This document shows positions 46,639 to 57,026 of a stretch of DNA of 64,000 nt, piece after piece (position 1 is the stretch's first letter; each line of letters opens with the position of its first letter). The notes under the pieces are model-generated. The model ran no database searches, had not been told where the DNA came from, and was given only the letters and a program-made list of their open reading frames with translations. Source of the DNA: Candidatus Omnitrophota bacterium (GTDB taxonomy: Bacteria > Omnitrophota > Gorgyraeia > Gygaellales > Profunditerraquicolaceae); the NCBI GenBank assembly GCA_043812955.1, contig JBDRLN010000066.1, forward strand, positions 885-64,884. The letters are read 5' to 3'. A program made the translations under genes and the position numbers.

Positions 46639-47976
46639 TTGAAGAAGATAGTCATTATAATTATCTGTGGGGTGTTGTCATATGTCTCATTAGCATATGG
46701 CCAGGTAGCCAGTAATAATATTACCTCTCTGCTTTCTTCCGAGGGCAAGATTCTATACGGAGATGAGCCGAATTCAATAGTGGTAATTGATTATCCGGAT
46801 AATATAGACCAGATTAGCGAGTATTTAAAAACAGTGGATAATCCGCCTTCTCAGGTCCTTATTGAGGCCAGGGTGGTAGAAGTTAAATTACAAAAAGAGC
46901 ATAGCCTGGGTATAACCTGGGAAGCCTTTGCCAGAGGTATTAATGATGGTCCGCCGGGATTAGACCTTAGGCGGAGCCTGGGTATTACCGCTGCTAAGGT
47001 TTTCGGCTCAGCTGTAAATACGTCTATCAGCCAATCCATTCCTTATAAACCAACTTATTATCCTCCCGCACAATCAGTCACTGGCGCGGAGAATCCATTT
47101 ACGGTTACTATATTTGATGAGAATATAAATATAGTGTTAAAAGCCTTAGCGAATGAATTAGATACCAATATCCTTTCTGCGCCTAGTGTTACCACGGTCA
47201 ATAACCGGATGGCTGAAATTAAAGTAATAAAGAGGCTTCCCTGGGCAGAGCCGTCAGTATCTACTGATGCCGATACAGGGGACGTAACAGTAACCTGGGC
47301 GATTAATTTTGAAGAAGTGGGTATTAATCTTAATGTTACGCCTACAATAGACTCTGAAAATAAAAATATAATTATGACTCTTTTTCCGGAAGTGAGCGAG
47401 AAGATAGGCGAATATAATCTTAACGTTACTTCAGGAGGAACCTCAGTGCCTTATACTGTTCCGATTATTGATAGGCGCAGTGCATCTACCAGGGTAGTTA
47501 TAGGAGATGGCCAGACTTTGATAATTGGAGGACTGATAAAGGATACATCTTTTAAAGGAGAGACTAAAATTCCCTTTCTGGGAGACTTGCCTTATCTAGG
47601 CTATTTATTTAAGAGCAAGAAAGACATCAAGGAAAAGACGGAACTGTTAATTTTTGTTTCGCCCAGGATTATTAATGCCGATAGTTACTCTTATATGGCT
47701 AAAAAGGAGAAGTATGGTTCCGGCAGAGTTTTTGCTGAAGACAGGCTTCGGCAGGAACGGATGATGTCGGTACTAGAAATTAGGGCAAAAGAAAAAGAAA
47801 AAAAGGCTACTGTTAATATGGAATCTGTGAAAAAAACTCAGGAGTCAATTATAAGCGAGAGAAAGAAGTTGGAGGCGCAGATTATTAATGAGGAGACTAT
47901 TATAAGCGTACTGGAAGACGAAAAAAAGGCTGTAGCTCAGAAGAAGAAAGAGCTAGAAAGAACCAAGGGAAGATAA
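46639..47976 (+). CDS. Secretin (N3 plus secretin domain), split PilQ/GspD part 2
   Basis: Own signal peptide; QVLIEARVVEV, ILSAPSVTT.NN..A.I, GQTLIIGGL, KIPFLGDLPYLGYLF, ELLIFVSPRII. Confidence 0.92.
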   Translation: MKKIVIIIICGVLSYVSLAYGQVASNNITSLLSSEGKILYGDEPNSIVVIDYPDNIDQISEYLKTVDNPPSQVLIEARVVEVKLQKEHSLGITWEAFARGINDGPPGLDLRRSLGITAAKVFGSAVNTSISQSIPYKPTYYPPAQSVTGAENPFTVTIFDENINIVLKALANELDTNILSAPSVTTVNNRMAEIKVIKRLPWAEPSVSTDADTGDVTVTWAINFEEVGINLNVTPTIDSENKNIIMTLFPEVSEKIGEYNLNVTSGGTSVPYTVPIIDRRSASTRVVIGDGQTLIIGGLIKDTSFKGETKIPFLGDLPYLGYLFKSKKDIKEKTELLIFVSPRIINADSYSYMAKKEKYGSGRVFAEDRLRQERMMSVLEIRAKEKEKKATVNMESVKKTQESIISERKKLEAQIINEETIISVLEDEKKAVAQKKKELERTKGR

Positions 47977-48506
47977 TGAAGGCGTATCCGATTTTATTCT
48001 TAAGCCTGAGTGTTGTAGTTTTTTGTTTTTGGGGAGGAAAATTTGCTTTTGCCCAAAATCAAGACTCGGAAGTACTTATTGCAGAAATAAAATCAAGTGT
48101 TAGAATGGAACGAGGCGCAATCAAGAATTTAAGTAAAAGATATCAATCAATTTTAAGAAAAAAAAAATTAATTGAAAGTTCCGTTGAGAAGGAGAAAAGA
48201 AAATTAGCCCAATTCAAACGCGCTGCCTTGGAAAAAGAGCGGGGGCTGATAACTAAAGAGTATATTAAAGAGAAAAAAAAGGCCTGGGCAAAAAAAACTC
48301 CTAAAATAAAAGAGAATAAAGCAGCTTTAGAAGAACAAAAACCGGCTTTAAGAAAAATTAAACAGCAACAAGACAGGGTTCAACTGAAAAGACAGCCCAA
48401 AGGTAAGGGGTATGCTTTAGAGGAAATAAGAAAACAGCATCAGTTTCAAAGAGGGGCTGTTATTGAAAGACTAAAATATTACGAGTCGGTAAGAAAAAAT
48501 TATTAA
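47976..48506 (+). CDS. Secreted Lys-rich coiled-coil hypothetical protein
   Basis: Signal peptide (AFA|Q), highly basic helical body. Confidence 0.6.
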   Translation: MKAYPILFLSLSVVVFCFWGGKFAFAQNQDSEVLIAEIKSSVRMERGAIKNLSKRYQSILRKKKLIESSVEKEKRKLAQFKRAALEKERGLITKEYIKEKKKAWAKKTPKIKENKAALEEQKPALRKIKQQQDRVQLKRQPKGKGYALEEIRKQHQFQRGAVIERLKYYESVRKNY

Positions 48507-48593
48507 GCCGAAGGCCGCTGTTGAAAGTAAGCAATTTTGGGGTTGGTTGCAAAGTTTTAAAAATATTGAGTCCACTCTAGGATAAGGTTTATC

Positions 48594-50264
48594 ATGTCTG
48601 AATTAAATAAAGAATTAGGGGAGATCTTGATTGAGCAGAGGGTAATTACCTCCCAACAGCTCAATGAGGCATTAGGTCTGCAGAAGGTTTCCGGAGGAAA
48701 GATAGGGGAAATTTTAGTTAGGAAGGGGTGGGTTGTCCAGGCGGATATTGAGCGTTGTCTGGCCCTGCAAAGAGGTATTACTAAATTTGACTTGGCTAAT
48801 TACATCATCGAACCCGAGATAATTGCTTTAGTCCCGGAGGATTTTGCCCGTAAATATAAACTCATGCCTGTATTTACAATTGAAGGCGTTCTTACCGTAG
48901 CCATGGTTGATCCCACTGATGTATTTATTATGGATGAAATGCAGCGCATCTGTAAGATGAATATTGAGGGTGTTCAGGCTGAAGAGATAGATATAAGAAA
49001 AGCGCAGGAACAGTATTTCGGTGAATCCGGCAGCCTGATGGACATCGTGGCTACCATAGATAAAGATAAATTGGCTGAAGGGGAGAAACTAGGAGAGGAT
49101 GCCCCGATAATAAAAATAGTTAATCAATTCATTATTCAGGCGGTGCAATCCAAGGCCTCGGATATACATATTGAGCCCGAAGAGAAGATCTTGAATGTGC
49201 GTTATCGTATAGATGGCATGCTGCATAGGATTTATTCCCTTCCCAGGGATTTAACTAATGCCATAGTTTCCCGGGCTAAGATTATGTCTGGACTGGATAT
49301 TGCCGAGAAGCGCCTGCCCCAGGATGGCCGCATTTTAATGAAAATAGGCAGTAAAGAGATAGATTTCCGCGTTTCTACCTGTCCGACAGTTTTCGGAGAA
49401 AATGTAGTTATGCGTATCTTGGATAAAAGCGGGCTGGTCCTGGGCCTGGAGAGCCTGGGTTTTTCCACACGCGAAATAGAGTTATTCAAAAGTTTCATCA
49501 GTTCGCCTTACGGAATAATTTTAGTAACCGGGCCTACCGGAAGCGGAAAGACTACTACTTTATATTCAGCCCTTACTATTTTGAACAAAGAAAATGTAAA
49601 CATTATGACTGTGGAGGATCCGGTAGAATATCAATTTTCCGGTATCCGCCAGGTAAATGTAAATCCCATGGCCGGCCTAACCTTTGCTTCGGCCCTGCGT
49701 TCTTTTTTAAGGCAGGACCCGAACATAATAATGATCGGAGAAATCCGCGACCGCGAGACTGCTGAGATCGCGGTCCAGGCAGCGCTTACCGGCCACTTGG
49801 TCTTGTCTACGCTGCATACCAATGATTCGCCGACCGCCTTTACCAGGCTGACCAATATGGGAGTGGAGCCATTTTTGGTTTCTTCTTCTCTGCTGGGGAT
49901 TATAGCTCAGCGTTTAATCCGCAAGGTCTGTGAAAAATGCCGGGATTTTTACAAGCCGACAGATACGACTTTATTTAGTCTGGGTTTTAAGGATACGGAT
50001 CCTAAGGATATAAAATTTGCCAAAGGCCGGGGTTGTAATATTTGTAATCATACCGGTTATAAAGGCAGGATAGGTATATATGAAGTTCTAAAACCCAGCC
50101 CGGAGATACAGCGTTTGGTTTTAGAGCGGGCCTCATCAGACGCAATCAAAAATATTGCTGTTAAACAAGGCTTACATACATTAAGAGAGGTGGCCGTAGA
50201 AAAACTTATGGCTGGGCTTACGTCCGTAGAGGAGGTGATCCGGGTTACTATGGAATCAGGTTAG
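48594..50264 (+). CDS. pilB: PilB/GspE/MshE family assembly ATPase
   Basis: MshEN-like N-terminus, ASDIHIEP, GPTGSGKTTTLY, LRQDPN.IMIGEIRD, tetra-Cys zinc motif. Confidence 0.95.
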   Translation: MSELNKELGEILIEQRVITSQQLNEALGLQKVSGGKIGEILVRKGWVVQADIERCLALQRGITKFDLANYIIEPEIIALVPEDFARKYKLMPVFTIEGVLTVAMVDPTDVFIMDEMQRICKMNIEGVQAEEIDIRKAQEQYFGESGSLMDIVATIDKDKLAEGEKLGEDAPIIKIVNQFIIQAVQSKASDIHIEPEEKILNVRYRIDGMLHRIYSLPRDLTNAIVSRAKIMSGLDIAEKRLPQDGRILMKIGSKEIDFRVSTCPTVFGENVVMRILDKSGLVLGLESLGFSTREIELFKSFISSPYGIILVTGPTGSGKTTTLYSALTILNKENVNIMTVEDPVEYQFSGIRQVNVNPMAGLTFASALRSFLRQDPNIIMIGEIRDRETAEIAVQAALTGHLVLSTLHTNDSPTAFTRLTNMGVEPFLVSSSLLGIIAQRLIRKVCEKCRDFYKPTDTTLFSLGFKDTDPKDIKFAKGRGCNICNHTGYKGRIGIYEVLKPSPEIQRLVLERASSDAIKNIAVKQGLHTLREVAVEKLMAGLTSVEEVIRVTMESG

Positions 50265-50280
50265 TAGGTTAAAAATTACC

Positions 50281-50308
50281 TTGCAAATTAATCGCTAAAT
50301 GGTATACT
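50281..50308 (+). promoter_or_regulatory. Promoter of the major pilin gene
   Basis: TTGCAA-16-TATACT with extended TG. Confidence 0.55.
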
Positions 50309-50341
50309 AATTACAGGGGTAGATAAAAAAGGAGGTGAAAT

Positions 50342-50854
50342 ATGCGTAATAAGGGTTTTACCTTAATTGAACTTATTGTGGTTATCGGAATCATCGCTGT
50401 TTTAGCTGCTGTTATTGCGCCTAGCGCTTTTAAGGCTATTGAAAAGTCTAAAGTAGCCGGTACTCTCGGCGACCACCGTGCAGTCAAGACCGCTGCTTTG
50501 ACGTATTATGGTGATACCGGAGTTTGGCCGGCTGATGGCGCAACTACAGTTGGATTGGTAACAACTAGCGGCGTTGTCGGCTGGGATGGCCCATATCTAG
50601 AAAAGTGGCCGCCAAGGGCAAAGTGGAATGGATTATACTCTTTTCAGAGGGATGCTCTGCAAAACTGGAACGGAGTTGGTCCCGGAGATCTGGGTAGTTA
50701 TTTTCAGGCAACCTTGGTTCCTTTGGCTTCAGCCCAGATGATTGATACGCAAATAGATCGCGCGGTTAGCGGTGTTGCCGGGTTGATACGTTATGCCGGC
50801 GCAGGCAACATAAACGTGAACATGTTCATTGCTGCCGACGTAGGAGTAAACTAG
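50342..50854 (+). CDS. Major type IV pilin/pseudopilin (GspG-like)
   Basis: KG|FTLIE, WDGPYL; strong SD; own promoter and terminator. Confidence 0.9.
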   Translation: MRNKGFTLIELIVVIGIIAVLAAVIAPSAFKAIEKSKVAGTLGDHRAVKTAALTYYGDTGVWPADGATTVGLVTTSGVVGWDGPYLEKWPPRAKWNGLYSFQRDALQNWNGVGPGDLGSYFQATLVPLASAQMIDTQIDRAVSGVAGLIRYAGAGNINVNMFIAADVGVN

Positions 50855-50868
50855 TTTTTTTACAAAAA

Positions 50869-50921
50869 GAAGGGATAGGGATGGGCAGGGGAATATATTT
50901 GCCTTGCTTATCCCTTTTTTT
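50869..50921 (+). terminator. Terminator after the major pilin
   Basis: aagggatagg/cttatccctt stem + T-tract. Confidence 0.7.
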
Positions 50922-51042
50922 ATTGGAATTGCCGCGGGATCAAGCCGCCTAACTATAGAATTATTGTTGTTTTTATAATACTTTATAATATAATGTATTA
51001 GAGAAAATAAAATATCAGGTATTAGTATTAGAGTGAGGTCAA

Positions 51043-51555
51043 ATGAATAAAAAAGCTTTTACCTTAACAGAGTTAATCGTAGTTCTGTCCATCCTTTTCA
51101 TTTTAGTGGCAATTATAGTTCCTTCAGTGACGAATCTAATTCAAAAAGGCCGGGATGCCCGCAGGCTGGCTGATATGAATGCGGTGCAGGTAGCCTTGGA
51201 ATTTTACTATGAGGCCAACGGCGCATATCCTCCTTCCGATGGCCAGGGTTGCGCTCCCTGGGATACTCCGGGAGACGGAGATTTTATCCAGCCGCTTAAG
51301 ACCGGTGGGTATATTCCCAGTAATATTAGAGATCCGGTAACTAATAACAACTGCGCAAATTATCGTTATAACCGTTATGCCGCTGGTAGTGGCGGTTGCG
51401 CTGCCGCTTTAGGAGCTTTTTATGTTTTGGGGATTGTTGATATGGAGACCAGCCTTGGGACTTACCTAGACAGCCCGGGTTTTAGTTGTACTACAAACTG
51501 GGGGTTGCCGTCGGGGCATGAATGGGTGACCGGAAGATATGAACAAATTTTCTAG
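51043..51555 (+). CDS. Second GspG-like pilin
   Basis: KA|FTLTE, KGRDARRLADM..VQ.ALE.YY...G.YP, four Cys. Confidence 0.88.
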   Translation: MNKKAFTLTELIVVLSILFILVAIIVPSVTNLIQKGRDARRLADMNAVQVALEFYYEANGAYPPSDGQGCAPWDTPGDGDFIQPLKTGGYIPSNIRDPVTNNNCANYRYNRYAAGSGGCAAALGAFYVLGIVDMETSLGTYLDSPGFSCTTNWGLPSGHEWVTGRYEQIF

Positions 51556-51574
51556 AAATTAGAAAGCCTTAACC

Positions 51575-52288
51575 ATGGCCCAGTCAATTTTAATCCAAAA
51601 TATCAACAAGGTTTTTAAAAAAACCAGGGCCTTAGACCAGGTGAGCCTGGAGATCAGGCCAGGCGAGATCTTTGGTCTCTTGGGCCTTAACGGCGCAGGC
51701 AAGACCACGCTTTTAAAATGCCTGATGAAACTGATGGAGCCCGATAGCGGGGAGATATTTTTTAAAGAAAGGCTGCTTTCAAGTTTAGATATTCAAAAAA
51801 CATTTGGTTTCCTGCCGGAGAATTTCCTCCCGCCGCCAACCTTAAGCGCCCAAGAATTGTTAAAGATTATGAGTTGGGGTTTTCATCTGCCGCCTCAGAG
51901 GGTGGATATCTGTTTAGGGCAGGTAGGGATGAAGGAGCAGAAAAATAAGTTAATCAAGGCTTATTCCCGGGGTATGATCCAACGTTTAGGATTAGCTATA
52001 GCTATGCTTAAGGACCCGGAGGTGATAATTTTGGATGAGCCGACTTTAGGTTTAGATCCTTTGGGCCAGAGCCAGATACTCCAACTTTTAACCGATTTAA
52101 ACCGACAGGGTAAGACCATCTTTTTTTCCTCGCATATCCTATCCCAGATGGAGAAGGTCTGCCAGCGGATCGGGATAATCCATCAGGGTAAAATAAAATT
52201 TTTAGGGACAGTAAAAGAGATTATCCGAAAACACGGGGTTTCTTCTTTGGAAGAGGCATTTTTACTAGAGTTAAAAAACAAAAATTAA
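51575..52288 (+). CDS. ABC ATP-binding protein (PilH-like)
   Basis: GLNGAGKTT, YSRGMIQR, ILDEP, SSH. Confidence 0.92.
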   Translation: MAQSILIQNINKVFKKTRALDQVSLEIRPGEIFGLLGLNGAGKTTLLKCLMKLMEPDSGEIFFKERLLSSLDIQKTFGFLPENFLPPPTLSAQELLKIMSWGFHLPPQRVDICLGQVGMKEQKNKLIKAYSRGMIQRLGLAIAMLKDPEVIILDEPTLGLDPLGQSQILQLLTDLNRQGKTIFFSSHILSQMEKVCQRIGIIHQGKIKFLGTVKEIIRKHGVSSLEEAFLLELKNKN

Positions 52289-52301
52289 AACCGGATTAAT
52301 A

Positions 52302-53069
52302 ATGATGCGCAGGATATTTTCCGTAGCCTTTTTAAATTTTAAACAAGGGGTAAGAGAAAAGATTTTTCTGGGGGTAATTTTTTTCTTTATCTTCTTTTTG
52401 GCCCTTTGCCTGTTTTTAGGAGAACTTTCCGCGGGAGAGAGCCAGAAGGTTTTAAGAAGCGCAGGGTTAGCCGGCATAGAGCTAAGCAGCGTGATCTTGG
52501 TGATTTTTAGCTTAGTGCTCAGTTTTTATAAGGATAAGGAAACGCATTTTATGGAAATCTGCCTTGGGTATTACCGCCGCACAGAATACCTTAGCGGAAA
52601 GCTCATCGGCTTTCTTTTTATCTGCCTAACTTATCTTTTTCTTTGCGCTTTAGGTTATAGCCTGCTGCTTTGGTTATACCAGGCCTTCTTATGGCCGGTT
52701 TTAGCCGGGGTAGCGGCCTTGTTTTTAAAACTGGTTATTATTATCTCTCTGGCCCTACTTTCCTGTTGTATATTTTCCTCTTCGCTAGTGGCTTTAATGG
52801 CAAGTTTATTTGTTTATTTGGCTAGCGAAAGGGCTTATATGGCTTTGCAGATAGTGGCCTTGGACAATAAAGGCGATATAAGCTTAAAGCTATTTAAATT
52901 ACTATATTATTCTTTACCGAATATGAACCGACTGGATATTAAACCGTTAGTAATTTATGGTAAACTTCCGGACTTAAATTTTATTTTATCTTTAAGCCTT
53001 TACAGCCTAACCTACGCTCTACTATTATGGTTAATAGCCAGGTTAATTTTTTTAAAAAAAGAATATTAA
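52302..53069 (+). CDS. ABC-2 permease (PilI-like)
   Basis: About six TM segments, R.EYL.GK..G, LYYSLPN. Confidence 0.82.
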   Translation: MMRRIFSVAFLNFKQGVREKIFLGVIFFFIFFLALCLFLGELSAGESQKVLRSAGLAGIELSSVILVIFSLVLSFYKDKETHFMEICLGYYRRTEYLSGKLIGFLFICLTYLFLCALGYSLLLWLYQAFLWPVLAGVAALFLKLVIIISLALLSCCIFSSSLVALMASLFVYLASERAYMALQIVALDNKGDISLKLFKLLYYSLPNMNRLDIKPLVIYGKLPDLNFILSLSLYSLTYALLLWLIARLIFLKKEY

Positions 53070-53896
53070 TTTCTGGGCTTTCTTTTTTTTTAATCCCCGC
53101 ACTCCTTGTTATTTCTTTCTGGGGGTCTCTGTTTTTAGAGCGCCGTTTCCCCCCAAATAAAGAACTATTTTATTATGTCCCGCCTACGCCTTACCTGAAA
53201 TTAATCAGCGGAAGTTTCCAGAGTTTTTGCGCGGATTTCTTTTATATCCGGGGAGTAATGGCTATTACCGATAATATTAAAGAGAACTCGCAATGGATTG
53301 ACCGGGTGCAGGGTAATTTTAGGGCGGCTATTGCCCTGGATCCGGATATGCTGCAGGCTTATTTTTTTTCCGGGGTAGTGGTAGCGAATGATCAGGAGGG
53401 GCTGGAAAAAGGAATCGCTTTTCTTAAAGAAGGGGCTAAGCAGAATACTAAATCCTGGCAGATCCTTTACTGGCTGGGGTTTAATTATTATCAGTCCGGG
53501 GATTATCTTAAGGCTGCTGAGTATTATGAGCGAGCGTCTAATTTAGCCGGGGCGCCCAAATTCTTAAAGAGTATTCAACCGATGCAGTATTATAAGGCCC
53601 GCCGGGCAGATTTAGGCGTAGCTTATCTGGAAGGGCTCTTAGAATCAGTAAAAGACCCGCAGCAACTGGAATGGATTAAGTTCAAGCTGGAGTGGCTGAA
53701 GAATATAGTTATTTTAGAAAAGCAGGTAAATCAGTTTATCAAGATTTACGGTTATTCTCCGGATAGCCTGGAAGATTTATTAAAAATGCGGCTGATCGAT
53801 AAAATACCCGCTGATCCTTTTGGCGCAGGGTATTATTTAGATAAGGAGTCCGGGAGGATCAAAAGCAAATTCGGCCTCCCGGGCAGTAATAAATAA
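53027..53896 (+). CDS. Membrane-anchored TPR protein (pilus accessory)
   Basis: N-terminal TM, AIALDP, W.ILYWLGFNYY..GDY.KAAEYY, DPFG. Confidence 0.75.
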   Translation: MVNSQVNFFKKRILISGLSFFLIPALLVISFWGSLFLERRFPPNKELFYYVPPTPYLKLISGSFQSFCADFFYIRGVMAITDNIKENSQWIDRVQGNFRAAIALDPDMLQAYFFSGVVVANDQEGLEKGIAFLKEGAKQNTKSWQILYWLGFNYYQSGDYLKAAEYYERASNLAGAPKFLKSIQPMQYYKARRADLGVAYLEGLLESVKDPQQLEWIKFKLEWLKNIVILEKQVNQFIKIYGYSPDSLEDLLKMRLIDKIPADPFGAGYYLDKESGRIKSKFGLPGSNK

Positions 53897-53913
53897 GTTA
53901 AAAATCACCATGG

Positions 53914-54375
53914 GTGTGTTTAATGTTAGGATTAGTTATTAAAAATAAGGCTTTTACTCTGACGGAAATGATGGCGGTTATAGCTATAATAACTGTAGTA
54001 GCTGCAACCACGCTGGTTTCTTTTGCTAAACTGGGAAACACAAAACTGGATGCTGATATTAATAAGGTGGTGGCAGATTTAAGCTGGCTGCGCCAGGTGA
54101 GTATCAGCTCTCACCAGAATTATGGTGTTTCCATTGATACTGTTAATAGATCTTATTCTCTTTATGTTTCACCAACCGGCACAATCGCTGATTTCATTCC
54201 GGCTAATTTTTTGAAGAAGACCAATTTAGATGCGGCCTTAGCTTCATCAGCCAACGCCGCCTGGTTTTATTTTCCTCAAGGCAGAAGCAGCGCTGTTTCT
54301 ATTACCTTGACTAAAAGCGGAAGGTCAAGGGATGTCACTTTATTTGATAGCGGTTATGTTAAGAAGGGCCCATGA
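53914..54375 (+). CDS. Minor pilin (FimT/GspH-like), set 1
   Basis: KA|FTLTEM, VADLSWLRQ.SI, FYFPQGR. Confidence 0.8.
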   Translation: MCLMLGLVIKNKAFTLTEMMAVIAIITVVAATTLVSFAKLGNTKLDADINKVVADLSWLRQVSISSHQNYGVSIDTVNRSYSLYVSPTGTIADFIPANFLKKTNLDAALASSANAAWFYFPQGRSSAVSITLTKSGRSRDVTLFDSGYVKKGP

Positions 54376-54749
54376 GAAAACGAGCCTTTAGTCTTATTGA
54401 GATGGCTTTAGCGGTAGCCATTTTCACTATTGTAGGCCAGGGTATGCTGTCTATATTCTGGCAGGGGGCAAAAGTCACCTATCTTAACCAGCAGCGGGCG
54501 ATTGCTTATAATCTGGCCCGGGAGAAGATGGAAGAAGAATACAAGATTCTTCCCTGGCCTCCGAATCCGGTTCCGGTTAATGAAGCTCGCGCAGTAGTAG
54601 ACCCAGTTTTGTTTCCGGGTTATGAAAGGGAAGTGATAATTACTGTTCCCTATTTTGGTTATAATGGCCTGTGTCTTATTAGAGTTAATGTTTGGTGGGA
54701 TAGCGGCAGGCAGACCTCTTATTTAGAAACATTAAAAGCGGATTATTAA
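54372..54749 (+). CDS. Minor pilin (PilV/GspI-like), set 1
   Basis: RA|FSLIEM, AYNLAREKMEE, IRVNVWW. Confidence 0.82.
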   Translation: MRKRAFSLIEMALAVAIFTIVGQGMLSIFWQGAKVTYLNQQRAIAYNLAREKMEEEYKILPWPPNPVPVNEARAVVDPVLFPGYEREVIITVPYFGYNGLCLIRVNVWWDSGRQTSYLETLKADY

Positions 54750-54759
54750 AAAGCATGTT

Positions 54760-54807
54760 CACCCCGTAGGTGGACATAGGTTAAGTATGTTATCCACCTA
54801 CGGGGTG
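54760..54807. repeat. GTAG-type REP family D full copy
   Basis: CACCCCGTAGGTGGA...TCCACCTACGGGGTG. Confidence 0.88.
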
Positions 54808-54838
54808 GATAGCAGGTTTAACCTAGTATTGTAAAAAT

Positions 54839-55420
54839 ATGTTGAGACAGATTAGAAAAAAAGCTGGTTTTTCCCTATTAGAAACCGCTGTTGCTACTGC
54901 TGTTTTGACCTTGGTAATGGTTGCTTTGGCTCAAATGTTCCTTTCCGTCAACCTATCTCGGCAGAAACAAGAACGGACTTTAGATGTCTTGCGTAATGCC
55001 AAACTGGCTATGGAATATATGGCGAATGAGATCCGGACTGCACGCTTTAGCTTGGTTATGGATACCACACAAGGGGGCATTACTGACAGCCTGTATTTTC
55101 AGATAACTAGCGCGGGAAGGATTTGGTATTGGAGGGGAAACGCAGGGTTATATGGGAGCGCGGATGTAATCTATCGGGGAGTAGATAGTTTTCCAATAAA
55201 TGCCAACCTGGTTCTTTCTCTAAGGGAGGCTAATCTAAGCGCTACTAAAAGCGAATTAGCCAATCTGGTAATAACTCCTAACCCCAGCACTAATAATATT
55301 TTCGCCGATAATGGGAATCTGATTACTATTGAATTGACTTTTAGGCCTTTGCCGGCTAGCCCGGCATTAGGAGCTAACCGTAATTATACCTTGCGCACCC
55401 AGGTAAGAACGAGAAATTAG
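54839..55420 (+). CDS. Minor pilin (PilW/GspJ-like), set 1
   Basis: AG|FSLLE, AKLAMEYMANEIR, LRTQVRTRN. Confidence 0.82.
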   Translation: MLRQIRKKAGFSLLETAVATAVLTLVMVALAQMFLSVNLSRQKQERTLDVLRNAKLAMEYMANEIRTARFSLVMDTTQGGITDSLYFQITSAGRIWYWRGNAGLYGSADVIYRGVDSFPINANLVLSLREANLSATKSELANLVITPNPSTNNIFADNGNLITIELTFRPLPASPALGANRNYTLRTQVRTRN

Positions 55421-55810
55421 ATGAGACAACTCAAAGGGCAGGCTTTATTTTTGGTTTTTTTTCTTTTAATGACAGTAGCTGTGCTGGGAGCGGCCTTGGC
55501 AGTTATGCTCAGGTCAGATATGTATACCTCTTATTTAGGCCGGGAGGGGACAGCTGCTTTTTATCTGGCCCAGGCCGGCGTGGAAAGGGCTAAAGCGGAA
55601 TTAAGATATTCTGGTTTAGGCTGGGGTTGGACAGGACCTGCGAATGAAGCTTTCCCAGGAGGAGGCACGTATAGCGTAACCGTAGCTCCCGCTGGTGGCA
55701 ACAGAATTATTACCGCTATCGGTAGGTTCAGAAAATCAGAGAGACAAATACAGGTTACCGTTCAAAATAGTCCTTATCAACAAGTGCCTGGGACTTGGGG
55801 GGAGATTTAG
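55421..55810 (+). CDS. Minor pilin (PilX-like), set 1
   Basis: KG|QAL without Glu5, AFYLAQAGVERA, C-terminal W.E. Confidence 0.8.
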   Translation: MRQLKGQALFLVFFLLMTVAVLGAALAVMLRSDMYTSYLGREGTAAFYLAQAGVERAKAELRYSGLGWGWTGPANEAFPGGGTYSVTVAPAGGNRIITAIGRFRKSERQIQVTVQNSPYQQVPGTWGEI

Positions 55811-55811
55811 T

Positions 55812-57023
55812 ATGCCGAATTACAGTTATAAGGCCCGGGATCATTCCGGCCGTTTAATCAAGGGTATAATAACAGCGGATAATGAAAATGATTTGCGTGA
55901 TCGCGTAGGAAAAACAGGGTATTTTCTTACCCATTTTCAGGTTACTCTTTCTTCAGCCAAGATACAAGCCAAAGCTATTTCTAAACCTATCACCCAACGT
56001 GATGTTTTGGAATTTACCATACAGTTAGCCATCTCTTTGGATGTAGGGATATCTTTATTAGCTGTCCTCAAGGATATTGCCAGAACTACGCCTTCTAAAT
56101 CCCTAAAGGCGATTGTGGAGGATATAACCCGCAGGGTTGAATCCGGGTCTTCCCTGAAAGATGCTTTACAATTTCATTCCAACTCTTTTTCTAAGATGTA
56201 TATTTCTATTGTCAGCGCAGGCGAGAGCACCGGTAAATTAGCCATGGTTATGGCTGATCTGGGCAAGCTTTTAGAGTGGCAGATGGAGTTAAAGGCCAGG
56301 ATTCAAGAGGCTTCTGTTTATCCGATAATATTATTTACCGTAATGACCGGGGTAGTTTTGCTTTTAATAATGGTAGTCATTCCCAGATTTGAACCGATGT
56401 TCAAGGAGATGGGGGTAGCCTTGCCTCTTCCTACCCTTTTTGTTATGGGCCTGAGCAGTTTTCTGTGTACTTTTTGGTGGATGGGCCTGTTGGGTATAGG
56501 CGCTTTGGTTTGGTTTTTTATATATGTTAAATCAAATGAGATCCTGCGTTACAAATTAGACAGATTGAAATTGAATCTGCCTATTGTGGGAAGTCTGTTG
56601 AATAAAATCGCCCTGTCTCAGTTTACCCACACCTTTTCTTTGGCCTTAGCATCAGGAGTGGATGTTTTTACGGCTATGACTCTGGCTGCGGAGGTAACCG
56701 GAAATGATTACCTGGAAAAGACGATAATGAAAGCCAGGGATTACGTGAATGTAGGAGAAAAGATATCTACCTCTTTGGAGAAAGCGGGTGATTTTCCGGG
56801 TATTGTGGTGCGCATGATTAATATCGGGGAGCAAACCGGACGGCTCTCAGTCAGCCTGAATAAGGTAAATGAATTTTATGATCGGGAAGTGCCGGCTACG
56901 GTAAAAAAAATGTTTGCGCTTTTTGAGCCGATAATGATTGTAACTATGGGTGTTGTAGTCGGAGGCATTGCGCTGGCAGTATTCCTGCCTATGGTGCAAT
57001 TGATTAGCAATATAGGGGGTTAA
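55812..57023 (+). CDS. pilC: PilC/GspF inner-membrane platform protein
   Basis: MPNYSYKARD..G, AGESTGKL, YP, GEQTG.L, EP..IV.MG.VVG.I. Confidence 0.93.
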   Translation: MPNYSYKARDHSGRLIKGIITADNENDLRDRVGKTGYFLTHFQVTLSSAKIQAKAISKPITQRDVLEFTIQLAISLDVGISLLAVLKDIARTTPSKSLKAIVEDITRRVESGSSLKDALQFHSNSFSKMYISIVSAGESTGKLAMVMADLGKLLEWQMELKARIQEASVYPIILFTVMTGVVLLLIMVVIPRFEPMFKEMGVALPLPTLFVMGLSSFLCTFWWMGLLGIGALVWFFIYVKSNEILRYKLDRLKLNLPIVGSLLNKIALSQFTHTFSLALASGVDVFTAMTLAAEVTGNDYLEKTIMKARDYVNVGEKISTSLEKAGDFPGIVVRMINIGEQTGRLSVSLNKVNEFYDREVPATVKKMFALFEPIMIVTMGVVVGGIALAVFLPMVQLISNIGG

Positions 57024-57026
57024 TTT

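Noticed and set aside
46560-46640. Frameshifted or read-through single secretin gene
   Set aside because: Two stops in the upstream frame, and the downstream ORF is in another frame with its own signal peptide
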